Positions 48,920-58,491 of a stretch of DNA of 64,000 nucleotides are shown here, piece after piece; position 1 is the first letter of the stretch; every line of letters starts with the position of its first letter. This DNA comes from Patescibacteria group bacterium (GTDB lineage: Bacteria; Patescibacteriota; Minisyncoccia; UBA6257; JAAZHW01). The DNA lies in contig JAOAGL010000001.1 in NCBI GenBank assembly GCA_026415775.1, positions 270,233-334,232 of the forward strand. The letters run 5' to 3'. The notes beneath the pieces were generated by a model. It had not been told where the DNA came from. It worked only from the letters and a program-made list of their open reading frames with translations, and searched no databases. The translations under genes and the position numbers were made by a program.

Positions 48920-50521
48920 ATGAAAAGATTGATTGAGAAAATTTTGAATTTTGAATCAAAAACAATTAGTGGCGGTGCAATTATAATTGCATTTTTTTAT
49001 TTATTGAATGGTGTAATTGCGTTGTTAAGAAATGGGATTTTGGCTTCGCATTTTGGGGCAAGCAGAATTTTAGATATTTACTGGGCGTCTTTTCGCGTGC
49101 CAGATTTGATTTATGTCATTTTTATTAGTGGTGCTTTATCTGCTGGATTTATTCCTTTTTTTGCCGAAAAATTAAATAAATCAAAAGAGGAGGCATGGCA
49201 ATTAGCAAATAATATTTTAAGTACAATTATTTTGGTTTTATTTATGATGGCGATTTTAGTTTTAATTGTGGCGCCATTTATTGTTCGTTTGATTGTGCCG
49301 GGTTTTGATTTGTCTTCCCAAAAAGAAGTAGCAAAATTTTTAAGAATTATGATGTTCCAACCGATTTTTTTGGGCGTTTCCGCGATTTTTGGAGGAATGC
49401 TGCAAACTTTTCGTCGTTTTTTTGTGACTTCGCTTTCGCCAATTTTTTATAACCTAGGCATTATTATTGGCGCTATTTTTTTAACAAAAATTTTTGGGCC
49501 GATTGGTTTAGCTCTAGGTGTTTTATTGGGGGCCTTTCTTCATTTAGCAATTTTAATTCCCTCACTTAAAAATATTGATTTTCAATTTAAATTTTTACCA
49601 TCTTTCAAATCGGAGAATTTAAGAAATTTAATTAGTATTGCTGGTCCGCGGACATTAAGTTTGATTTCCACGCAAATTAATTTTTTGGTTATTACTATTA
49701 TCGCTTCACATTTAGAAAAGGGGAGTTTGGCGATTTTTAATTTTGCTAATGATTTGCATTCTTTGCCTCAAAATATTTTTGCCATTTCTTTTGCAATTTC
49801 TGCCTTTCCTATTTTGGCTGCTGCGGCATTTGAGAAAGAGCAATTTATCAATTTTTTTGTTAAAACATTAAAAAATATTCTATTTTTTATTTTGCCCGTT
49901 TCGGCTTTTTATTTTCTTTTTCGGCAACAAATCGTTTTTTTAACCTTAAAATATGGAAACTTTGATTTAATGGCGCAAAATGAAACAACTTTAATTTTAG
50001 GCATTTTTTCTTTAAATATTATTTTTTCTGGACTGCTCCCATTATTAATAAGAGTATTTTTTGCTCAGAAAGATGCGTGGCGGCCATTCTTTGCGGGTTT
50101 AGGTGCTAATATTTTAAATATTGGATTAAGCTTGATTTTGGCGTCGCGAATGGGAATTAAAGGCGTTGCTATATCATTTATTGTTAGTAATTTTTTAAAT
50201 TTTCTCTTGTTAATTATTTTTATGAACAAGAGAAAAGTTTTTGAAAGAAGAAGCGCCGCTTTTCTAAATTTTAAAAAATTTATTATAAAAAATTTTATAG
50301 CAACTACCATCACCTTTATTTTATTCTTTATCATCTCTTTTTTTCTTCCTTCCCCTCAAAACAAAATAGACGCTCTTGTTTATTTAATTGGCGGAGGCGT
50401 GGTGTTTATCTCGATTTATTTATTTTTTAGTTATATCTTAATAAAAGAAGAACTTCTAAAATTATTAAGTGAGTATCCTCTAATTAAAAATATTTTTGGA
50501 CATCATGAAAAATATTCGTAA
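48920..50521 (+). CDS. murJ: lipid II flippase MurJ/MviN
   Basis: About 14 predicted TM helices, 533 aa. N-terminal 'ILASHFGASRILDIYWASFRVPDLIY' resembles the MurJ pattern (FGAS..DAF..AFRIPN). Confidence 0.65.
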   Translation: MKRLIEKILNFESKTISGGAIIIAFFYLLNGVIALLRNGILASHFGASRILDIYWASFRVPDLIYVIFISGALSAGFIPFFAEKLNKSKEEAWQLANNILSTIILVLFMMAILVLIVAPFIVRLIVPGFDLSSQKEVAKFLRIMMFQPIFLGVSAIFGGMLQTFRRFFVTSLSPIFYNLGIIIGAIFLTKIFGPIGLALGVLLGAFLHLAILIPSLKNIDFQFKFLPSFKSENLRNLISIAGPRTLSLISTQINFLVITIIASHLEKGSLAIFNFANDLHSLPQNIFAISFAISAFPILAAAAFEKEQFINFFVKTLKNILFFILPVSAFYFLFRQQIVFLTLKYGNFDLMAQNETTLILGIFSLNIIFSGLLPLLIRVFFAQKDAWRPFFAGLGANILNIGLSLILASRMGIKGVAISFIVSNFLNFLLLIIFMNKRKVFERRSAAFLNFKKFIIKNFIATTITFILFFIISFFLPSPQNKIDALVYLIGGGVVFISIYLFFSYILIKEELLKLLSEYPLIKNIFGHHEKYS

Positions 50522-52325
50522 TTTTGCTATTATTGCCCACATTGATCATGGAAAATCGACTTTGGCCGATCGTTTTTTGGAAATAACTTCAACGGTGGAT
50601 AAAAGAAAGATGAAAGAGCAGTTTTTAGATCAAATGGATTTAGAAAGAGAAAGGGGAATTACAATTAAAATGCAACCTGTTAGAATGACTTACTATTATA
50701 AAGGAGAAAAATACATCTTGAATTTAATTGATACTCCTGGTCATGTTGATTTTACCTATGAGGTTTCAAGAAGTTTGGCGGCGGTTGAAGGCGCAATTTT
50801 ATTGGTTGATGCTACTCAAGGTATTCAAGCTCAAACGATGGGCAATTATCAATTAGCTAAAAAACAAAATTTAACAATTATTCCAGCGATTAATAAAATC
50901 GATTTGCCCAATGCCCAAATTGAAGAGGTTAAGAAAGAGCTGTTAGCATTGATGGGGGTAGGAGAGGAAGAAATTTTTTTAGTATCTGCTAAAACCGGCG
51001 AAGGCGTTGCTGATTTACTTAATGCGGTAATTGAAAAAATTCCCGCTCCAATCACGAATATTACAAATAAAACAAGGGCTTTGGTTTTTGATTCGCTTTA
51101 CGATGATCATAAAGGTGTTATTTCCTATGTCAGAATTGTTGATGGCGTAATTAAGGCGGGCGAATACGGATTTTTAATGGCATCAAAAACGCCATTCAAA
51201 ATTAATGAGGTTGGAATTTTTAGACCTAATTTGGAAGCAGCCGATTGTTTAAGAGAGGGTGAAATTGGGTATATTGTAACTGGTTTAAAAGAACCTCAAA
51301 AAGTTAGGGTGGGCGATACAATTACTCTGATTTCTCCTTCAAAAATTAAACTAAAAAATTTTGATTTTGTTTTTGAGGAGGTTAAGCCATTAACAGGTTA
51401 TCAAGAGCCCGAGCCAATGGTTTTTGCGAGTGTTTACCCAATTTCCAATGACGATATAAATCTTTTAAAGAACGCTATTTTAAAGTTAAAGCTCAATGAT
51501 CCAAGTTTAGTTTACAAAACCGAATTTTTTTCTATTTTGGGACAGGGTTTTTGTTTGGGTTTCTTGGGTTTGCTTCATTTAGAAATAATAAAAGAGAGAT
51601 TGGAAAGAGAATATAAAATTGATGTTATTTTTACAACACCATCTGTTAATTATAAAGTAATTCTTAAAGATAAAAGCGAGATTAATGTTTATCGAGCTTC
51701 GGATATGCCCGATTGCGACCGCATCTTAAAAATTTTAGAACCATGGGTGCGTTTAGAAATTATTACGCCACAGAAATATTTAGGGGCTATAATGGAATTA
51801 AAAGATAGGCATCGGCTAGATTATCTTACGACTCAATATTTAGGTAATCTGCTTATTTTAATTTTTGAAGCGCCGTTAAGTGAGATTATTGTTAATTTTT
51901 ACGATAAATTAAAAAGCGCAACCGAAGGTTATGCTTCTATGAACTATGAATTTTTAGAATATAGAGAAAGCGATTTGGTAAAGTTGGAAATTTTGTTAGC
52001 TGGCGAAAAAGAGGAAAGCTTGGCGCGAATCGTTCATCGTCAATTTGCGGAAGAAGAAGGCAGAAAGATAGTTGCGAAATTAAAAAATGTTTTACCAAGA
52101 CAAAATTTTGTTGTGGCAATTCAAGCAATGATTGAAAATAAAATTATTGCCAGAGAGAACTTACCAGCATTAAAAAAAGATGTTACGGGTTATCTATATG
52201 GCGGCGATCGAACGCGAAAAATGAAGTTGTGGAAAAAACAAAAAGAAGGGAAAAAGCGCTTAAAAGAGAGGGGACGTGTCCATCTTTCTACCAAAACATA
52301 TCTCGATCTTTTAAAATTGGATTAA
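50496..52325 (+). CDS. lepA: elongation factor 4 (LepA)
   Basis: G-domain 'IRNFAIIAHIDHGKSTLADRFLE', 'DTPGHVDF', 'NKIDL', and the LepA-specific C-terminal domain. Confidence 0.9.
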   Translation: MDIMKNIRNFAIIAHIDHGKSTLADRFLEITSTVDKRKMKEQFLDQMDLERERGITIKMQPVRMTYYYKGEKYILNLIDTPGHVDFTYEVSRSLAAVEGAILLVDATQGIQAQTMGNYQLAKKQNLTIIPAINKIDLPNAQIEEVKKELLALMGVGEEEIFLVSAKTGEGVADLLNAVIEKIPAPITNITNKTRALVFDSLYDDHKGVISYVRIVDGVIKAGEYGFLMASKTPFKINEVGIFRPNLEAADCLREGEIGYIVTGLKEPQKVRVGDTITLISPSKIKLKNFDFVFEEVKPLTGYQEPEPMVFASVYPISNDDINLLKNAILKLKLNDPSLVYKTEFFSILGQGFCLGFLGLLHLEIIKERLEREYKIDVIFTTPSVNYKVILKDKSEINVYRASDMPDCDRILKILEPWVRLEIITPQKYLGAIMELKDRHRLDYLTTQYLGNLLILIFEAPLSEIIVNFYDKLKSATEGYASMNYEFLEYRESDLVKLEILLAGEKEESLARIVHRQFAEEEGRKIVAKLKNVLPRQNFVVAIQAMIENKIIARENLPALKKDVTGYLYGGDRTRKMKLWKKQKEGKKRLKERGRVHLSTKTYLDLLKLD

Positions 52326-52364
52326 CTTGAGATTTTATGATTTTCTGTGTAAAATAATAGAACA

Positions 52365-52745
52365 ATGCGGAGAATTTTACATTCCAAATTTTTACTGATT
52401 TTTCTCTTAATTTTAGCCATCATCGTTATTTTTTACTTTTCTCGCCAAATTCTTAGCGAACGAAAATTAAAAATGGAATATGAGGCAATTTTAAATAAGA
52501 TAGAAGCTTTAAAAAAAGAGAACGAGACTTTGGAAAACGAAATAGAACGATTAAAAAATCAAGAAGAATTAGAACGTTTAGCGCGGGAGCTTTATGTTTT
52601 AAAAAAATCGGGGGAAAAAGTAATGGTGGTGCCTCAAGAAATAATGCAACAGTTAGAAGAACAAAGTTCGACTGTTCAAGTGCCAAAGTCATTTTGGGAG
52701 GAAATAATAGATAATATCAAAGGATTTTTTAAAGATTTATTTTGA
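52365..52745 (+). CDS. ftsB: FtsB/DivIC-like septum formation initiator
   Basis: N-terminal TM, leucine-zipper coiled coil (ALKKENETLENEIERLKNQEE), and 'ARELYVLKKSGEKVMVV' end typical of FtsB/DivIC. Confidence 0.55.
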   Translation: MRRILHSKFLLIFLLILAIIVIFYFSRQILSERKLKMEYEAILNKIEALKKENETLENEIERLKNQEELERLARELYVLKKSGEKVMVVPQEIMQQLEEQSSTVQVPKSFWEEIIDNIKGFFKDLF

Positions 52746-52746
52746 T

Positions 52747-52818
52747 GCGGGTGTGGTGTAGCGGCAACACGTCTGCTTCCCAAGCAGAAGATCGGCGGTT
52801 CAAATCCGCTCACCCGCT
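52747..52818 (+). tRNA. tRNA-Gly (anticodon CCC)
   Basis: Cloverleaf folded by hand: acceptor GCGGGTG/CACCCGC, anticodon stem TCTGC/GCAGA with loop TTCCCAA, T-arm GGCGG-TTCAAAT-CCGCT. 72 nt, CCA not encoded. Confidence 0.85.
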
Positions 52819-52847
52819 CAGATTAGCTCTTTGATATTCAAATTTTT

Positions 52848-52919
52848 GCCGAGGTAGCTCAATGGCAGAGCAATCGCTTCGTAAGCGATGGGTTGGAGGT
52901 TCGAATCCTCTCCTCGGCT
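52848..52919 (+). tRNA. tRNA-Thr (anticodon CGU)
   Basis: Acceptor GCCGAGG/CCTCGGC, D-arm GCTC-AATGGCA-GAGC, anticodon stem ATCGC/GCGAT with loop TTCGTAA, T-loop TTCGAAT. 72 nt. Confidence 0.85.
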
Positions 52920-52957
52920 CATTCGATTTTGGTTAATAGTTAATAATAGAAAAATCA

Positions 52958-54076
52958 ATGAAGCAAATCCAGACTCAAATAGAAAATTTAAAAGAAAAAA
53001 TTGAAAATATAAAAGAGAAAATTTCTTTTTCGGAAAAAATAAAAAAAGCAAAGGAATTAGAAGAAGAAAGCAAACGTCCAGATTTTTGGGGATTTCCTGA
53101 TAAAGCCGCTCAAATCATGAAGCAATTAAATGAATTAACGGAAGAAATAAATTTTTGGTTGAATGCCGAGAAAGAAACAAATGATTTAGCAGAATTATTG
53201 AAAAAAGCCGATAATGATGATGAATTAATTTTAGAAGTCCAAAATCAATTGAATAATATTGAACATAAAATAAAAGAGAAAGAATTAACCATTTTTTTAT
53301 CAGGGCCTTATGACAGAAATGAGGCGATTATGATTATTACGGCTGGTCAAGGAGGAAGAGATGCTGAAGATTTTTGTCGGATGCTTTTAAAAATGTATTG
53401 TCGTTATTTTGAAAAGAAGAATTGGCCTTATCAAATTATTCATCAACACTTTTCTGAAGAGGGTGGTGGCTCAAAAGAAGCGGGCGGTGAAATTGGATTA
53501 AAAAATGTTTCTATAGAAATTAACACCCCTTATGCCTATGGATTTTTAAAAAACGAAAGCGGCGTGCACCGTCTTGTTAGAGTTTCACCTTTTGATGCCA
53601 AGAAGTTAAGGCACACCTCATTTGCCCTAGTTGAAGTTTTGCCTCAAATTGAAGATTTTGATTTAAAAGATGTTGAAATTAATGAAGCAGATTTAAAATT
53701 CGATTTTTTCCGTTCTTCAGGTCCCGGCGGCCAGAATGTGAACAAAAGAGAAACGGCTGTGAGGGTGGTGCATTTACCTACAGGCCTGTCTGCTTCATGT
53801 CAAACCGAACGCTTTCAGGCTCAAAACCGTGAAAAAGCGCTTCATTTATTAAAAATCAAACTATTTAATCTTTTACAGCAACAAAAAAATAAAGAAAGAA
53901 ATGTTTTAAAACAAAAAGTTGAACCTTCATGGGGTAATCAAATTAGAAATTATGTTCTCCACCCTTACAAATTAGTCAAAGATTTGCGCACAGACATTGA
54001 AACTAATCAAATTTATGAAGTTTTGGATGGGGATTTGGATTCTTTTATTCAAGCAGAGATTCTGCTAAATAGATAA
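52958..54076 (+). CDS. prfB: peptide chain release factor 2 (single uninterrupted ORF, no programmed +1 frameshift)
   Basis: 'SPF' tripeptide (VRVSPFDAKK), 'GGQ' motif (SGPGGQNVNKRETAVRVVHLPTG). 372 aa, continuous from the ATG. Confidence 0.9.
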   Translation: MKQIQTQIENLKEKIENIKEKISFSEKIKKAKELEEESKRPDFWGFPDKAAQIMKQLNELTEEINFWLNAEKETNDLAELLKKADNDDELILEVQNQLNNIEHKIKEKELTIFLSGPYDRNEAIMIITAGQGGRDAEDFCRMLLKMYCRYFEKKNWPYQIIHQHFSEEGGGSKEAGGEIGLKNVSIEINTPYAYGFLKNESGVHRLVRVSPFDAKKLRHTSFALVEVLPQIEDFDLKDVEINEADLKFDFFRSSGPGGQNVNKRETAVRVVHLPTGLSASCQTERFQAQNREKALHLLKIKLFNLLQQQKNKERNVLKQKVEPSWGNQIRNYVLHPYKLVKDLRTDIETNQIYEVLDGDLDSFIQAEILLNR

Positions 54077-54080
54077 TTGT

Positions 54081-54809
54081 TTGCAAAAACAAATCATTGA
54101 TGTTAAAATAATTAATATGAATGAGGAATTGATATATTTTCAAAATGTTTCAAAAGTTTACAATAGCCATACGGTTGCGTTGGATAATATTAATTTAAAA
54201 ATAATGAAAGGCGAATTTGTTGCTATTGTGGGCAAGTCTGGTGCTGGGAAATCAACTCTGCTTAAATTATTAATAGGCGAAGAAAAACCTACCAAAGGAA
54301 GAATATTTTTTGAAAAAATTGATATTACCAAATTAAAATATAAAGAATTCCCAAAGATTAGAAGGCAAATCGGAATGATTTTTCAAGACTTTAAATTATT
54401 GCCCGACAAAACTGCTTTTGAAAATGTAGCTTTTGCTTTGGAGGCAGCTGGTTTTTCGCCGCACGATATAAAGAAAACCGTTCCGCAAATGTTGGAACTC
54501 GTTGGATTAAGAGATAAAGTTTTTAATTTTCCTCATGAATTGTCAGGCGGAGAAAAACAGCGAGTTGCAATTGCCAGAGCAATGATTAACAAACCAGATT
54601 TATTAATAGCCGACGAACCAACAGGTAATTTAGATCCGATTAATACTGCTGAGATTATTAAACTTTTATTAAGAATTAATGAATTGGGTACAACTGTAAT
54701 GCTTGCTACCCACAATAAAAATGTGGTAGATATGCTTAATACACGAGTTGTTTCTTTAGATAATGGGCGAATTATCCGCGATGAAGAAGAAGGTCAATTT
54801 ATAATTTAA
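54081..54809 (+). CDS. ftsE: cell division ATP-binding protein FtsE
   Basis: ABC ATPase: Walker A 'GKSGAGKST', signature 'LSGGEKQRVAIARA', Walker B 'LLIADEPTGNLD'. Followed by ftsX. Confidence 0.85.
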   Translation: MQKQIIDVKIINMNEELIYFQNVSKVYNSHTVALDNINLKIMKGEFVAIVGKSGAGKSTLLKLLIGEEKPTKGRIFFEKIDITKLKYKEFPKIRRQIGMIFQDFKLLPDKTAFENVAFALEAAGFSPHDIKKTVPQMLELVGLRDKVFNFPHELSGGEKQRVAIARAMINKPDLLIADEPTGNLDPINTAEIIKLLLRINELGTTVMLATHNKNVVDMLNTRVVSLDNGRIIRDEEEGQFII

Positions 54810-54814
54810 AAATT

Positions 54815-55723
54815 ATGTTTATTTTTCTCGCAAGAATTATAAAATACGGTTTTCAAAATTTTACGCGAAATGGATTACTTTCAAGCGCTACAATTGCAGT
54901 AATGACTTTAACATTACTTCTTTGTGCGGGTTTAATTATTTTTGGCAATGCTGGGAAAACCGTTTTAAATAATTTACAAAGTAAAATTGATATTAGTATT
55001 TATTTCAAGACCAATGTAAGCGAAAATCAAATTTTAGCAATTAAGAAAAATATAGAATTATTAGATGAAGTGGCTTCGGTAGATTATATTTCTCAGGACG
55101 ATGCTTTAAATGCTTTTAGAGAGAGACACAAAAATGATGAGGTTATTTTACAGTCATTGGAAGAGTTGGGATATAATCCACTTTCAGCTTCATTAAATAT
55201 TAAAGCGAAAAATCCTAGAAATTACGCTGGCATTGCTAATTATTTAGAAAAAGAGATTCCTTCGGAATTTATTGACAAAATTAATTATAGCCAGAATCAG
55301 GTTATTATTGATCGCTTAACGAGAATAATTGATACTTTGAGAACTGCTGGTATTATTTTGGCTATTGTTTTGGGTTTTGTAGCAGCATTGGTTACTTTCA
55401 ATACTATTCGTTTGGCTATTTATTCCAATCGCGAATCAATTGGCATTATGCGTTTGGTAGGAGCAGCAAGTTCTTTAATAAGAGGCCCTTATATTTTCCA
55501 GGGTCTTATCATTAGTTTAGCTTCAACAATTTTATCAATGCTTGTTTTAATTCCAGTTTGTTATGTACTAGCACCATATCTTCAAAATTTTATTCCAGAA
55601 TTTAACATTATTCATTTTTATTGGGGTAATTGGTTTAATCTTTTTGGCACATTATTCTTAATAGGTTTAATTCTTGGTATTCTTTCAAGTATTATTGCCA
55701 TTCGTAAATATTTAAGAGTATAA
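54815..55723 (+). CDS. ftsX: cell division permease FtsX
   Basis: TM1, a large extracytoplasmic loop, then 3 C-terminal TM helices. 302 aa, directly downstream of ftsE. Confidence 0.75.
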   Translation: MFIFLARIIKYGFQNFTRNGLLSSATIAVMTLTLLLCAGLIIFGNAGKTVLNNLQSKIDISIYFKTNVSENQILAIKKNIELLDEVASVDYISQDDALNAFRERHKNDEVILQSLEELGYNPLSASLNIKAKNPRNYAGIANYLEKEIPSEFIDKINYSQNQVIIDRLTRIIDTLRTAGIILAIVLGFVAALVTFNTIRLAIYSNRESIGIMRLVGAASSLIRGPYIFQGLIISLASTILSMLVLIPVCYVLAPYLQNFIPEFNIIHFYWGNWFNLFGTLFLIGLILGILSSIIAIRKYLRV

Positions 55724-55762
55724 TTGAATTTATTAATAAATTAAGTAAAATAAAAAGCGTTT

Positions 55763-55833
55763 TGCGGGGTCGTCTAATGGTAGGACGTCGCGCTCTGGAC
55801 GCGATAATCTTGGTTCGAATCCAAGCCCCGCAG
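55763..55833 (+). tRNA. tRNA-Gln (anticodon CUG)
   Basis: Acceptor TGCGGGG/CCCCGCA, U8, D-arm GTC-TAATGGTAG-GAC, anticodon stem TCGCG/CGCGA with loop CTCTGGA, T-arm CTTGG-TTCGAAT-CCAAG. 71 nt. Confidence 0.75.
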
Positions 55834-55937
55834 CTATTTTTTTATTTATTTCTTATTTCAGATTTTTTATTTCAGACAAACTTTATTAAATATAAAAGAC
55901 TACATTTATTTTTCAAAAAAGATATAATATATCCATC

Positions 55938-56645
55938 ATGCATAATGCATCTATCATCCTCCTTTTTTTAATTACAAAAATTTTCCAATGGGTTAATAGT
56001 TTTGTATTGGCTTATCTTTTTAGTGTTGATAAAAGCTCAGTTATATTATTGTCTATAGTTGCAGTTATTTTTCTAATGTTTGTTATTATTTTTTTGGTAA
56101 AGAAATTTTTCTCAAAAAATTTAAAGAAAGCATGGATGATAATAATTGCTTTTATGGTAATAGGTGGATTAATTAACAAGTGGGTAGCGATTGTGGGTTT
56201 GCTTAGTATTTGGCTTTATGCTCTTATAGGATTAGAGGCAGAAGTATTTCATTCGTTATCTAATTATAAAAACATTCCTCGATCAATATCTTTTCTATTT
56301 TCTTTGGTTCCAATAGCGCTTTTTTATTTATTGCCGCAACAATTTCGTTTATTGCCAGAGGAAAAAAATTTAGCGCCCCAGCTTTTTTATATTATTACTA
56401 CTGTTCTTGCTTTAATTTATTCTTATTTTAAAAAATTTATTGTTAAACAAAATGATACATCTCAACAGAAAGCTCCTTTTATTTGGTTTGGTTTATTCTT
56501 TTTATTTGCCTCATGTCTTTTATATTATGTTGGATTTTATAAAACAGATGGAGACTCTTTGGTGCTTAGTTTTGTTATTCTTTTTTATATAGGCGGAGCA
56601 ACGATGACGTATGCGGGTATTAACAGATACTTACGGAATAATTGA
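55938..56645 (+). CDS. hypothetical polytopic membrane protein
   Basis: About 6 hydrophobic helices. No recognisable motif. Confidence 0.35.
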   Translation: MHNASIILLFLITKIFQWVNSFVLAYLFSVDKSSVILLSIVAVIFLMFVIIFLVKKFFSKNLKKAWMIIIAFMVIGGLINKWVAIVGLLSIWLYALIGLEAEVFHSLSNYKNIPRSISFLFSLVPIALFYLLPQQFRLLPEEKNLAPQLFYIITTVLALIYSYFKKFIVKQNDTSQQKAPFIWFGLFFLFASCLLYYVGFYKTDGDSLVLSFVILFYIGGATMTYAGINRYLRNN

Positions 56646-56708
56646 CAAACCGCATAAATACAATTATATTAAAAACAGCTTTTAAAATTCAAATAAAGGA
56701 GGAGAATA

Positions 56709-56948
56709 ATGAATTTTAAAAGAGTAAAAAAATATTTTTTAGAGATTATTTTTAGAATCTTTATGGTTTGTTTACCCATTGTTATTTTGGGGTTTATTCG
56801 ATTGGGTGTCCCGTGTTTTTTTTACCAAAATAAAAAATGGTTGATGGCAGCGGCAATAATTATTCAATTCTTCTGGTTGATTGCTTATTCAGCTGTTGTG
56901 ATGGCTTCGCTTGCCGAACAAAGAGAACAAAAATTAAAAGAAAAATAA
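56709..56948 (+). CDS. small hypothetical membrane protein (2 TM)
   Basis: 79 aa, two hydrophobic helices. A clean terminator follows. Confidence 0.3.
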   Translation: MNFKRVKKYFLEIIFRIFMVCLPIVILGFIRLGVPCFFYQNKKWLMAAAIIIQFFWLIAYSAVVMASLAEQREQKLKEK

Positions 56949-56959
56949 TTTTTATAGAA

Positions 56960-56985
56960 TAGGGCTTTCAAAAAGCCCTATTTTT
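56960..56985 (+). terminator. rho-independent terminator (TAGGGCTTT / loop CAA / AAAGCCCTA + TTTTT)
   Basis: Perfect 9-bp stem plus a T5 run, immediately followed by an extended -10 TGTTATAAT (56985-56993) for the next gene. Confidence 0.65.
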
Positions 56986-57002
56986 GTTATAATAAAACTT
57001 AT

Positions 57003-57566
57003 ATGTGGTTAACGCTTTTAATTTTATTTGTTCTGGCAATTTTTTTAGGAGAAGAGTTGATGCTTTTTGTTGGGGCGATGATACATATCGGGCTTTTGCC
57101 TTTGTGGCAAACTTTTTTTGTGATGATGTTGGCGGTTTATTTTGGCGACTTTTTGTTTTTTTATTTGGGATATCATTACGGCGATGGGTTAATTGAAAAA
57201 CTAATTAATAAAAAATTAATTAAACAAGCAAAAGCGGAAAGAATAAGAGGAATTTTTCATCGGGGTGGTACTTGGATTTTGTTTGTTTCAAAATTTGCTT
57301 ATGGTCTAAATCATTTAACACAGTTAGTAGCGGGAGCAATGAAATTTGATGTTAAAAAATATATAAAAAATCAACTTGTTGTTTCTTTAGGCTGGGTAAT
57401 TTTCTATTTATTTATTGGTTATACATTTTCCGCTGTTTTATCAGATATTTTCTTTGATATTCGAGCGTTAAGTATAGCCTTATTATTAATTTTTGCTTTG
57501 ATTTTTGCCTTGGGTTGGATTATTGATTTTATTATTACCCGCATTTTTCCTAGAGAAAATCAATAA
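57003..57566 (+). CDS. DedA/VTT-family membrane protein
   Basis: '..FGDFLFFYLGYHYG..ERIRGIFHRGGTWILFVSKFAYGLNHLTQLVAGAMKF' resembles the DedA core. 187 aa, 4-5 TM. Confidence 0.5.
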   Translation: MWLTLLILFVLAIFLGEELMLFVGAMIHIGLLPLWQTFFVMMLAVYFGDFLFFYLGYHYGDGLIEKLINKKLIKQAKAERIRGIFHRGGTWILFVSKFAYGLNHLTQLVAGAMKFDVKKYIKNQLVVSLGWVIFYLFIGYTFSAVLSDIFFDIRALSIALLLIFALIFALGWIIDFIITRIFPRENQ

Positions 57567-57626
57567 TTGCTTACCTTTATTTTTTTATTTATACTAATTA
57601 ATAGTCGGCTAAAATTAAATTTTTTT

Positions 57627-58388
57627 ATGAAGGATTATTTGCAAAAAATTACAACCAATGGCAAGGCGATTTATTTGGCTTATGATCATGGTTTTGAGCA
57701 TGGGCCAGAAGATTTGCCGGGACAATCTTTGGATCCGCAATATATTTTGGATATTGCTGTTGAGGGCGGTTATAATGCTATTATTTTTCAAAAAGGATTA
57801 GCGGAAAAATATTATAGCGGAACAATTTACGAAAAGAAAATTCCTTTAATTTTAAAAATTAATGGTAAAGCAAATATTTGGAAAGGAGGCGATATTTATT
57901 CTTATCAAAATTGTTCAGTTAAATATGCCAAAGAATTAGGAGCGAGTGCTGTTGGTTATACCATTTATTTAGGGTCAGAACACGATGGAAAAATGTTTGC
58001 CGATTTTGGCAGAATTGTTGAAGAAGCTCATCAATTAAAAATGGCAGCTATCGCTTGGGTATATCCTCGTGGTGAATTTGTCAAAGATGATTCATCAAAA
58101 GAAATAACTGCTTATGCTGCGCGAATTGGTTTAGAATTGGGGGCAGATATGGTCAAAATAAAATACTCGGGTTCTAAAGAAAATTTTGAATGGGCGGTCA
58201 GGGCGGCAGGTAAAACGAAAGTAGTTTTATCTGGAGGCCCCAAGGTAGATGAAGAAGAATTTTTGAAGATTTTGAAAGATGTAATGGCAGCTGGGGCGGC
58301 TGGTGTGGCAGTTGGAAGAAATGTTTGGTTGTCAGCCGAGCCCCTACGGATAACCGAAAAGATTAAACAAATCGTATTCGGCGCTTAA
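57627..58388 (+). CDS. class I fructose-bisphosphate aldolase (DhnA/FbaB-type; DeoC/LacD superfamily)
   Basis: Start chosen at the in-frame ATG 57627 (MKDYLQKITTNGKAIYLAYDHGFEHGP..). The ORF track's 57567 start is a TTG. Schiff-base lysine region 'ADMVKIKYSG', 'VVLSGGPK', 'AAGAAGVAVGRNVW'. Confidence 0.65.
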   Translation: MKDYLQKITTNGKAIYLAYDHGFEHGPEDLPGQSLDPQYILDIAVEGGYNAIIFQKGLAEKYYSGTIYEKKIPLILKINGKANIWKGGDIYSYQNCSVKYAKELGASAVGYTIYLGSEHDGKMFADFGRIVEEAHQLKMAAIAWVYPRGEFVKDDSSKEITAYAARIGLELGADMVKIKYSGSKENFEWAVRAAGKTKVVLSGGPKVDEEEFLKILKDVMAAGAAGVAVGRNVWLSAEPLRITEKIKQIVFGA

Positions 58389-58406
58389 TTATTCACATTT
58401 TAAAAC

Positions 58407-58434
58407 TTGACTTTATTAAAAATTAGAATAAAAT
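58407..58434 (+). promoter_or_regulatory. promoter TTGACT-N16-TAAAAT upstream of tuf
   Basis: Hexamers read from the sequence, about 57 nt upstream of the tuf start. Confidence 0.4.
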
Positions 58435-58491
58435 TTTTATAAATCTTTAAAGGTCATTTTTATTCAAGTCGATTAAATTTTAATTAAAAAA

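Noticed and set aside
55762-55971. ORF 55762-55971 (+) and ORF 52818-53051 (-).
   Set aside because: They overlap tRNA-Gln and the tRNA-Gly/tRNA-Thr pair respectively. The tRNA cloverleaves are unambiguous, so these ORFs are spurious.
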